A stretch of 46,044 nt of DNA, from NCBI GenBank assembly GCA_029974275.1, contig JARKSN010000208.1, positions 1 through 46,044 on the forward strand. Direction: 5' to 3'. This document shows, one piece after another, positions 35,877 through 43,726 of this stretch. Numbering within the stretch: the first letter of the stretch is position 1; every line of letters begins with the position of its first letter. The notes beneath the pieces were generated by a model that made no database searches, had not been told where the DNA came from, and saw nothing but the letters and a program-made list of their open reading frames with translations. Both the position numbers and the translations under genes were made by a program. Source of the stretch: Candidatus Hydrogenedentota bacterium (GTDB lineage: Bacteria; Hydrogenedentota; Hydrogenedentia; Hydrogenedentales; SLHB01).

Positions 35877-36533
35877 ATGTTCAAGGACCTGACTCTTCCC
35901 CAGTGGATGTCGCTGCCGCCGTTGCCCGATTGGGACGGTTTGCATCCTTTCGTTGTGCATTTTCCGATTGCGTTGTTGCTGACGGCCCCATGTCTTGTCT
36001 TGCTGGCGGCCATTGCGGGGCATAGAGGCAAGGGCGTGGCCGTTGGGGGGCTCTTGCTGATGACGTTGGGAACGGCGGGAGCTTTCGTCGCCGCCTCCAC
36101 GGGCAGAGCGGCGGCGGAACTCGCCGACGTCCTCGGCCCCGCCGGGCCTGTGCTTGAAGAGCATGAGGAACTTGCCGAACTGACCTGTTTTGTGTTCGCG
36201 GCGCTGAGCGGACTCTACGCCATCCTGACGATTGCCGCCATGTTCCAGTGCGCCAAGTCGAAACGCGCGCCGATGGCAGTCCTCAATGTCCTGTTCCTGG
36301 CGGCGTATGCGGGCGCAACCCTGATCGTTCTCAATACGGGCCACCTTGGCGGACGGCTGGTGCATGAGTTTGGCGTGTCGATCATGATGCCGGAGGAGAA
36401 GCGCGCCGTGGAGCCGTCCGATCGGCCCGATCCTATGACGTCCGAACCGGACGCCGCTCTCGCCCCTGCGATTTCGGACGCTGCATCCAGCGAGATATCC
36501 AGTGTCGGCGTCGCAAGCGAGGAGGGAACGTAA
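35877..36533 (+). CDS. DUF2231-family membrane protein
   Basis: LHPFVVHFPIALL, STG, HEELA and GHLGG.LVH..G pattern with four TM helices. Confidence 0.82.
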   Translation: MFKDLTLPQWMSLPPLPDWDGLHPFVVHFPIALLLTAPCLVLLAAIAGHRGKGVAVGGLLLMTLGTAGAFVAASTGRAAAELADVLGPAGPVLEEHEELAELTCFVFAALSGLYAILTIAAMFQCAKSKRAPMAVLNVLFLAAYAGATLIVLNTGHLGGRLVHEFGVSIMMPEEKRAVEPSDRPDPMTSEPDAALAPAISDAASSEISSVGVASEEGT

Positions 36534-36558
36534 AGCGCGTCGATCGCGTTTCATGCCC

Positions 36559-36588
36559 TTGACAGCATCGCGAGAGGTGGGCTAGTCT
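36559..36588 (+). promoter_or_regulatory. Sigma70-type promoter
   Basis: TTGACA, 18-bp spacer, TAGTCT upstream of the lipoprotein gene. Confidence 0.5.
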
Positions 36589-36650
36589 TTGCAGCGACGG
36601 CCCCGCGCCGTGACGCGTGGCCGGTTCGAGAACAAATATGGAGCGCGCTT

Positions 36651-37088
36651 ATGATTCGCTTGTGTATGGCGACGGTTCTTGCGTTTTCCATCGCATCCCT
36701 TGCCGGCTGCCATTCGCTGAACCGGCAACCGCGACTGAGCGAACCTGTCATCGCGCCGGACCGTCTGACGCCCGGCCAGAATTCCATCATCACGGTCAGG
36801 GTGAAAGACCGCTTCGGCATCGTGGCCCATGTCGAAGGCAGGTTGCAGCAAGACCCCAAAAAGAAATTTGTCTTCCAGGATGACGGCGTCGCGCCGGATA
36901 AAACCGCTCGCGACGGCGTCTGGACGACATCGGTGGCCGTGCCGGCCAATGCGCCCGAGGGGGATTTCATGCTGGATATCTCGGGGCGCAACAAGAGACA
37001 TGCGATCATCACTGTCCTCAAAGACAATCGAGAGCAAGGCCCATTGACGGTTTCATGTCCCTTTTCCATCGAGCTCCCGCAGCCATAG
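36651..37088 (+). CDS. Lipoprotein with DDG...D....DG.W acidic (choice-of-anchor X-like) beta domain
   Basis: Lipobox LAGC; DDGVAPDKTARDGVWT motif; GGAG RBS. Confidence 0.75.
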   Translation: MIRLCMATVLAFSIASLAGCHSLNRQPRLSEPVIAPDRLTPGQNSIITVRVKDRFGIVAHVEGRLQQDPKKKFVFQDDGVAPDKTARDGVWTTSVAVPANAPEGDFMLDISGRNKRHAIITVLKDNREQGPLTVSCPFSIELPQP

Positions 37089-37092
37089 TAGC

Positions 37093-38364
37093 GTGATCGC
37101 GTACTTTCTCACAGCGCTTATTCTGTGTTCGACAACGGCGCCGCCCAATGTCGTCTTCCTGTCCGTCGACGCCTTGCGGGCGGACCATCTTGGTTGTTAC
37201 GGCTATTCCTTGCCGACCTCGCCGCACATTGACGCGCTTGCGGAGCGAGGCTTGGCGTTCGACGATTGCGTCTGCATGACCCCCTTGACGGCCCCGTCGT
37301 TTGCCTCCATGCTGACCTCCCGGAATCCGCGCAGCGTAGGCGTTGTCCGTAACGGATTGTCGTTGCCCGAGACCGTCACGACGGTTCCCGAGTTGTTTCG
37401 GGCCGCGGGCTATCAAACCTTTTGCGTACAGAGCAATTGGACGCTCAAGGCGCGGCTCGCCCGCCTCCAGCAGGGTTTCGACGTCTACGATGATGATTTT
37501 CACCAACGCCGTTGGGGCGTGTTGAAATCCGAGCGAAGCGCGGACGAGGTCACCCAACGCGCCCTGAAATGCCTCCAGCAGCGCGATCCAAACAGACCCT
37601 TTTTCGCTTGGTTCCACTACTCCGATCCGCATGCGCCGTATCGTTTCCACCCGGATTTCAATCCGTTGGGCCGAAGTCACGAACGCCTGGGACCGGTGGA
37701 GCGGACCCGCGCCAAGTACGATTCGGAGGTGGCATTCACGGATCACTGGATCGGGCGCCTGCTCGAAGCGTTGCCCCAAGAGAACACCTTCATCGTATTC
37801 GTTGCCGATCACGGGGAAAGTCTTTTCGATCACGATTATCTGGGGCACGGACGCCGTCTGCACCAAACCAGTCTTCACATACCGTTTGTTGTGATTGGGC
37901 CGGGCATTGTCCCCGGGCGGTCCCGCGCGCCCGTGTGCGGACTTGACGTAGGCCCGGCTCTGCTAGGCATCGCGGGCATCGCGCCGGCATCGGGAATGAT
38001 CGGCCTGGACCCGCTGCGCGCCATCGTTCCTTCGGATCGCGTGCGTTTTGTTGAAACCTACGGCGGCGCGGTCCCGCGCATTCCGGGTGCACGCTCACTC
38101 ATGGCCGGACGCGCCCCCCTGCGTATGGGCATGTTGTCCGGGGACTGGAAGCTGATCGTGAATGCACGGTTCGACGAGTTATATCGTCTTGATGCGGACC
38201 CTGCGGAAATGCGCAACTTGGCGGCCGAGGAATGCGGGCGCGTCGAGAGAATGAAGGACCATGTCAGGGCATGGGCCGCTTCCACTCCGCGACGGGAAGC
38301 GCCGGAAGCCCCTCTTGCCGAGGATGACTTCAAGGCCTTAAAAAACCTCGGCTATCTTGAGTGA
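37093..38364 (+). CDS. Sulfatase-like hydrolase/transferase (alkaline phosphatase superfamily)
   Basis: PNVVFLSVDALRADH, HYSDPHAPY, ADHGE, H+G and C-terminal L..LGY; nucleophile motif reads TAPSF. Confidence 0.88.
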   Translation: MIAYFLTALILCSTTAPPNVVFLSVDALRADHLGCYGYSLPTSPHIDALAERGLAFDDCVCMTPLTAPSFASMLTSRNPRSVGVVRNGLSLPETVTTVPELFRAAGYQTFCVQSNWTLKARLARLQQGFDVYDDDFHQRRWGVLKSERSADEVTQRALKCLQQRDPNRPFFAWFHYSDPHAPYRFHPDFNPLGRSHERLGPVERTRAKYDSEVAFTDHWIGRLLEALPQENTFIVFVADHGESLFDHDYLGHGRRLHQTSLHIPFVVIGPGIVPGRSRAPVCGLDVGPALLGIAGIAPASGMIGLDPLRAIVPSDRVRFVETYGGAVPRIPGARSLMAGRAPLRMGMLSGDWKLIVNARFDELYRLDADPAEMRNLAAEECGRVERMKDHVRAWAASTPRREAPEAPLAEDDFKALKNLGYLE

Positions 38365-39552
38365 CGGCCGTTTGGAGAGAAGCGGGACAGGATCAAACGC
38401 GGCGCCGTCGCGGCGCATCTCAAAGTGCAAATGCGCCCCCGTCGAACGCCCCGTCGACCCCACTTCCGCGATTGGCATATCCGGCGCTACGCGTTGCCCG
38501 CTGCGCACCAACGTTTTCGAAGCGTGACCATACACGGTCTCAAGACCGTCCGCATGACTCACGATGACCACCTTGCCATACCCCGGCTTCCAGCCCGCAA
38601 AACGGACGCGCCCCGCCTCGTAGGGATACACCGCCGACCCCGCCGACGCGGCAAGGTCGATGCCGTCATGCTGCGACAACTCTCCGTTGAACGGGTCCTT
38701 GCGCAAGCCGAATTCGGAGGTCAATCGCGCCGGAGCGCCCACGAGGAAGCGCCACGGCGAATCCGTTGCCGCTTCACGGCTCGATTCCCGTCCAAAGCCC
38801 GCGTCCAACGCTTCGGGCTTCATCTGGGGATTGAGGATGGATTGAAGCATGCGGGTGATATCCACAGGGCGCGCCGCGCCGCCAAGGGCGTCCTGGTCTC
38901 TTGTCGCTGTCGTTGCAACGGGGAGGCTGGCGGTTCTTGCGTCCCGGGCGAGCGCTGCCAACGGAGCCGGAGCTGCGGAGGAGCCGGCGCGCCACGGCGG
39001 AACGGGAGACGCCGCGCCTCCGCCGGTTGTCCTCGGCGATTGGGCGATCGCCAGGAAACGGCCTTTTCGCGCCGACTGGATAGAGGCAACCCCTTGTGCG
39101 CCCGGTTCATCTCGCCGAATAGAAGAATTTCCCGAAACGAGGGGCGCGCCTTCGTTGGGTTGATTGAGATTGGCCGTTTTTTCGGCGGCAACCTGAAAAG
39201 ACGGACGGGGAACGCTATCCTGGAATACGCTTAGATCGATTTGCTGGCCGATGGCAAGCCGGTTGGCGTTTTTGATGCCGTTGGCCCGCGCTAGCCGATC
39301 CACGGCGTTCGCCACGGACTCATGGGGAACGCGTGCGTCTCCACGCGCCAAGGTGCGCGCGCATATGCCCCACAGGGTGTCCCCGCGTTTGACCGTATAC
39401 ATTTGAGGGGAAGAAGACGGGGCGGAGGGTGATGGAGCAACGCCTTGATCGTTCATGATCGACCAGAACGTTTGGGCGGGCGCGGCGCCGTTTTGCATCG
39501 CTTTTGAGAGCCAATCCACGGTTTTGGGCTCGCCAATCCCATCTATCCGCAT
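38338..39552 (-). CDS. LysM-domain M23 metallopeptidase
   Basis: YTVKRGDTLW LysM; M23 motifs TSEFG.R.DP, HDGID, YGH and GSTGRSTGAHLHFE. Confidence 0.9.
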   Translation of the reverse strand: MRIDGIGEPKTVDWLSKAMQNGAAPAQTFWSIMNDQGVAPSPSAPSSSPQMYTVKRGDTLWGICARTLARGDARVPHESVANAVDRLARANGIKNANRLAIGQQIDLSVFQDSVPRPSFQVAAEKTANLNQPNEGAPLVSGNSSIRRDEPGAQGVASIQSARKGRFLAIAQSPRTTGGGAASPVPPWRAGSSAAPAPLAALARDARTASLPVATTATRDQDALGGAARPVDITRMLQSILNPQMKPEALDAGFGRESSREAATDSPWRFLVGAPARLTSEFGLRKDPFNGELSQHDGIDLAASAGSAVYPYEAGRVRFAGWKPGYGKVVIVSHADGLETVYGHASKTLVRSGQRVAPDMPIAEVGSTGRSTGAHLHFEMRRDGAAFDPVPLLSKRPSLKIAEVF

Positions 39553-39604
39553 CTGAGACCCTCCCCTGCCTTCTTTCCGCCTTACCCACGGCAACCTGGA
39601 ATCA

Positions 39605-39620
39605 AGCAAACAGCATGCCG
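39605..39620 (-). promoter_or_regulatory. Sigma54 (-24/-12) promoter of the LysM-M23 gene
   Basis: Minus strand CGGCATGCTGTTTGCT matches YGGCAY-N5-TTGC with exact GG-N10-GC spacing, about 50 bp upstream of the ATG. Confidence 0.6.
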
Positions 39621-39871
39621 CTTCGTTCTCGCGGCGACATGACGTCCCGAGAACGAGTTACGAAGGAGGGGCATCAGGGCTTGTCGGCAACTTTTGCCTC
39701 GGGCGGGCTCTTTTTGCTTTGCGCGAATCTCGAAAACGCGTTCCGGACGAAAGCGATTCTCGAAAAACAGGATGCGCCCTTGCCGGGCTCAGCGACTCGT
39801 AAAACCCGTCTTGCTTAGGCTAAGCTGGATGCAACAGTGGGCCGGGATCCCCGGCCAGAGGAGGGAAAGCC

Positions 39872-40180
39872 GTGTATATCGTGCATGTGCATGTTCGTGT
39901 CAAACCGGAATACGTCGAAGCCTTCCGGGAAGCCTCGACGGCCAATTCCGTCAAAAGCCTGCAAGAACCGGGCATTGTGCGATTCGATGTTGTGCAACAA
40001 CTCGACGATCCCACGCGTTTCGTGCTGGTCGAGGCATATCGCACTTCCGACGATCCCGCCCGCCACAAGGAAACGGAGCACTATGCGCGCTGGCGCGACA
40101 CAGTCGCCGACATGATGGCCGAGCCTCGCATGAGCGTGAAATACGCCAATTGTTATCCCGACGATGCTGGATGGGAGTAG
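39872..40180 (+). CDS. ABM-family (LsrG-like) dimeric alpha/beta-barrel protein
   Basis: V.VKPE..EAF, EPG..RFDV.Q..DDPTRF.L.E.Y and HKET.HY..WRD.V...MAEPR; GAGGAGG RBS, GTG start. Confidence 0.9.
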   Translation: MYIVHVHVRVKPEYVEAFREASTANSVKSLQEPGIVRFDVVQQLDDPTRFVLVEAYRTSDDPARHKETEHYARWRDTVADMMAEPRMSVKYANCYPDDAGWE

Positions 40181-40257
40181 CGCCGTCCGCCGGGAACGTC
40201 ACGGGAACCGGAAGCGACCGACTTTACTTTCCTGCGTGCGGCACGTAGCCTGTTGCC

Positions 40258-40725
40258 ATGGCGCGCATACGTGTGGACATAGACGATGTCGCCCTGCGCA
40301 TGACGGTGCAATCCATCTTGCGGGCGGATGGACACGCCATCGAGACGGAGGAATGGGATGTCGCCATCGCCGGCGAATCGGCGCGATCCGAACTGCTGGC
40401 GCAGGAAGGCCCTTCGCTTGTGATCACGTCCGTGGCCGATGTGCGCGAGGCTGTCGCGGCCATGCAGCGGGGCGTGTATGGCTATGTGTTGACGCCGCTC
40501 GTTCCGGGCGAGGTGAACATCATGGTGCGCCGGGCTCTCGAGTCCGCGATCTCAACGCCGCTCTCGCCTCGCGCCGATGAGCCGATGACGCTTGCGCAGG
40601 CCGAGATGCGGCATATTCGCGACACGTTGCATCGCTGCAAACACAACCAGGCCAAAGCCGCTCGCATCCTCGGCATCGGACGCAATACGCTTTGGCGAAA
40701 GCTGAAACGTCTGGAAAATAAATAG
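40258..40725 (+). CDS. Fis-type HTH protein with degenerate receiver domain (NtrC-like, no AAA+ domain)
   Basis: C-terminal L..AE..HI..TL.....NQAKAARILGIGRNTLWRKLK; N-terminal VITS....REAVAAMQRGVYGYVLTP receiver remnant. Confidence 0.85.
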   Translation: MARIRVDIDDVALRMTVQSILRADGHAIETEEWDVAIAGESARSELLAQEGPSLVITSVADVREAVAAMQRGVYGYVLTPLVPGEVNIMVRRALESAISTPLSPRADEPMTLAQAEMRHIRDTLHRCKHNQAKAARILGIGRNTLWRKLKRLENK

Positions 40726-40794
40726 GAATAGACGGGAAACCTTTTTCGACGAAGAGTTTCCCAAAGCCAATTCACCGCCAGGAAATTCAATAAC

Positions 40795-42099
40795 ATGGAA
40801 AAACTCGGCTGGAACAGCCTCGGGAAAATATTTGTCTGCGCGTGCGGCGAAACGCATGCGTTGCCCATCGAATACTGCCACCTTGGCGCGAACGCTGCTT
40901 CGCGCTTGGCCGCCGTCGCGGCAGAACGTCTCGGACGCTCCTGCTTGGTCGTGTCCGATGCAAATACGCGGCATGTCGGCGGCGAAGCTGTGCTGTCCGC
41001 ACTGAGCGCGGCAGGCAAAACGATCGCCGAACGCACGTATGGCCCCGATGCGTTTGACGCGACGGAAGAGGAGGCCATGGTCGTCGCGAATGCCGCGCAG
41101 GGAGTTGATTTCATTGTGGCCATCGGCAGCGGCTCCCTTAGCGATCTTGCGAAATACGCCGGCGACAAACGCGGCCTCCCTGTGTTGTTGTTTCCGACGG
41201 CCGCCTCCATGAATGGCTACACATCGAATATCGTCGCGCTCAAAGTGCGCGGCTTGAAACGGACCCTGCCTTGCCGGCCGGCGCTGGGCATTTTCGCCGA
41301 CCCTGACGTTGCGGCGACCGCCCCGGCGCGGATGACCGCGGCGGGATTGGGGGACTTTCTCTCGAAGTGCTCGTCATCCGCCGATTGGCGCGCGGCGCAC
41401 ATGATTCGCGGCGGCTACTATTGCGATCGTCCTCGGGAGTTCTTTGAAGGCGCGCAGGAGCGCCTGCTCGACGTTGCGCCGCGCGTGCGCCACGGCGATC
41501 CGGACGCCGTGGGCGTCGTGATGGAGGCATTGTTGCTGTCGGGTCTGTCGATGGTGGTGGCGGGATCGTCTGCCCCCGCCTCCGGCGGCGAACACCTTAT
41601 CTCACACTACCTCGACATGAAGTCCGCGCTCTATGGCACGCCGCACGATTTGCACGGCGCGCAAGTGGGCGTCGCAACGATTGACTGCCTGCGGCTGTGG
41701 GAGCGCGTGTGTGCGATGAACCCCCGCTCGATGGATTCCGGCGCGCTCGCCGCGCAGCAGCCCAGCGAGGACCAAATCCGTGAATGGATTGAAGCCGACT
41801 GGGGCCATGTGGCCCCCGAAGTTCTCAATCAATGGCGCGAAAAGCGACTCGATCCCCATGCCATGAAGACCGAGATCGAAACGCTGCGCGAACAGTTGCC
41901 CGACGTCGTTGATGCCGTAAAAACCGATGTATTGCCCAGTGCGGTGGTCGCCCAAGCCATAGCCGCCGCGGGAGGCCCCGTCACGCCCGAAGAACTGAGC
42001 GCCCCCGCCGACGAATACCGCAACGGGTTGCGCCGCGCACGCTACCTCCGCAACCGCTTCACCATCCTCGACCTTGCTGCCGAACTCGGGCTTGCATGA
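40795..42099 (+). CDS. sn-glycerol-1-phosphate dehydrogenase family protein (AraM/EgsA-like)
   Basis: CACGETH, IGSGSLSDLAKY, PTAASMNGYTS, PASGGEHLISH and LHGAQVG motifs. Confidence 0.88.
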   Translation: MEKLGWNSLGKIFVCACGETHALPIEYCHLGANAASRLAAVAAERLGRSCLVVSDANTRHVGGEAVLSALSAAGKTIAERTYGPDAFDATEEEAMVVANAAQGVDFIVAIGSGSLSDLAKYAGDKRGLPVLLFPTAASMNGYTSNIVALKVRGLKRTLPCRPALGIFADPDVAATAPARMTAAGLGDFLSKCSSSADWRAAHMIRGGYYCDRPREFFEGAQERLLDVAPRVRHGDPDAVGVVMEALLLSGLSMVVAGSSAPASGGEHLISHYLDMKSALYGTPHDLHGAQVGVATIDCLRLWERVCAMNPRSMDSGALAAQQPSEDQIREWIEADWGHVAPEVLNQWREKRLDPHAMKTEIETLREQLPDVVDAVKTDVLPSAVVAQAIAAAGGPVTPEELSAPADEYRNGLRRARYLRNRFTILDLAAELGLA

Positions 42100-43666
42100 C
42101 AGGCCTGATCCATAGCCGGAATCCCGGGACCTTGTCCATACGCAAGGTGTTTTCAAGGAAATCGATGTCGTAAGCGTCGAGAAAAGGCGTTTTTCGGATG
42201 GCGATGAGGTAGGCGATGGCGAATGCCGCGGCGCACGCAAGAAGCGCTACGGCGTTGGGCAGACGCCCGGCAACGGCATGCAGCGCTATGTCCGCGACGA
42301 TGCAGATAACGAGGCCAGGCGCTGCGGCCACCGTTGGCCAGAGGACGGATGTGCGCAGCAATTCCGCCGGCCCTACCCCTAGCACGCCGCGCATTACGAT
42401 AAGAAACCATCCCCACGAGAGGAACATCGACAGCGCTGTTCCAAGCGGGATGCCCCAGAATCCGATGGCGTACACGAGCCCGATGGTCAACGCAATGTTC
42501 GAGAAGGTCGAAATCAACCCGGTTTTCATTTGAATATCCGGGCGCCCCTTGCCGAGCGCGATGTTGATGCCGCCGCCCGGCAGGACATTCGCGAGATATC
42601 CCACGGCGATGATCCGCAGCACCCACGCCGACATCTCGTATCCCGCGCCCATCCACGCGTTCATGAGGATATCCGCCGCGCCGACGACGAAGGCAGTCAA
42701 TGGAACCGCCACCGCCGCGACGTACTTGGTGGACAACAAATAGAGCCGCTGCAATTTGTCGTGCGCGCCGCGCGCCTCGAGGTCCGATGCGGCGGGAACG
42801 ATCGCGCTCAATAGCAGCACCGGTATCTGGCGCAATTTGTTGGCCATCGTCACGCCGACTTCGAACAGCGCGATCCATTCGAGCGCCCTGCCCCAAAAAC
42901 CCGCGACGACTTTGTCGGTCTCCATCATGACAAGGTTGGCGATCCGCGCCACCTGCGCTTTCCAGCCAAAGGAAAACAGGCAACGCGCCGTGTCAAGACG
43001 GATGTCGCGAAACGATAGCCGCAGCCCTGGCAGCATCCAGAACGGCAACGCCAGCGAAGCCGTCGCGAACACGACGAATGCCATCGCCTCGGCATACACC
43101 AGCCCGACAATGCCGTGGCCGGTTTCGAGAAACACGATTGTCGCAACGAACTTGACGACGGACGAGCAGAAGCCTAGAAGATTGGTGACGCCCATTCGCT
43201 GCAGTCCGCCTTGGACCGCACTGAACGCTCCCACCGACGCCGAGGCGGCGAAAAGGACCAGCCTCCATTGAAGCAGCGTGCGCGCTGTTTCCAAGAGATC
43301 GTCGGAAATCAGCCCGATCCGATGAAACAATCCGGTAAGCGGGTCGATGCACGCCCATCCCGCCCCCGCCACGGCCATGCCCAACGCGATGTAGAAGAGC
43401 GTCCCCGTTACAATGACCGACGCGACGCCCTCTCGCTCTTTGCGCGCGTGGCGTTCGGCGATGAACTTCACAAATCCGCTGCCAAACCCCATGTCGACCA
43501 GCGCGACATATCCCGAGAATGCGCCTAACAGCCCCCACAGACCGAAATCGGCGCGGCTTACCATCGCGAGAACATACGGCACCAGGATGAGGCTGCTCAA
43601 TGCCTCCCACAAGCGCCCCGCGATGTTGAAGCCCGTGTTGTGGGCAAGTGTTTTGCGGACGGACAT
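42059..43666 (-). CDS. Wzx/MOP-family oligosaccharide flippase
   Basis: Polytopic membrane protein with N-terminal HNT.FN, DFGLW, DMGFG....KFIAE and P.AS motifs. The 3' end overlaps the convergent gene by 41 bp. Confidence 0.85.
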   Translation of the reverse strand: MSVRKTLAHNTGFNIAGRLWEALSSLILVPYVLAMVSRADFGLWGLLGAFSGYVALVDMGFGSGFVKFIAERHARKEREGVASVIVTGTLFYIALGMAVAGAGWACIDPLTGLFHRIGLISDDLLETARTLLQWRLVLFAASASVGAFSAVQGGLQRMGVTNLLGFCSSVVKFVATIVFLETGHGIVGLVYAEAMAFVVFATASLALPFWMLPGLRLSFRDIRLDTARCLFSFGWKAQVARIANLVMMETDKVVAGFWGRALEWIALFEVGVTMANKLRQIPVLLLSAIVPAASDLEARGAHDKLQRLYLLSTKYVAAVAVPLTAFVVGAADILMNAWMGAGYEMSAWVLRIIAVGYLANVLPGGGINIALGKGRPDIQMKTGLISTFSNIALTIGLVYAIGFWGIPLGTALSMFLSWGWFLIVMRGVLGVGPAELLRTSVLWPTVAAAPGLVICIVADIALHAVAGRLPNAVALLACAAAFAIAYLIAIRKTPFLDAYDIDFLENTLRMDKVPGFRLWIRPVMQARVRQQGRGW

Positions 43667-43726
43667 GGCGGTTGCGGAGTCCTATGCGGCGTTAGTGCAG
43701 CGTTTTCGCATCGGCGGCGTCATCCC

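Noticed and set aside
39650..39800. 6S-like long hairpin in the M23/ABM intergenic region
   Set aside because: Only short outer pairings (ACGAGT/ACTCGT, GCATC/GATGC); no continuous stems or central bubble could be built by eye.
40239..40256. Sigma54 promoter before the Fis-HTH gene (CGGCAC...TTGC)
   Set aside because: Spacing is 8 nt rather than the required 5, and it abuts the start codon.
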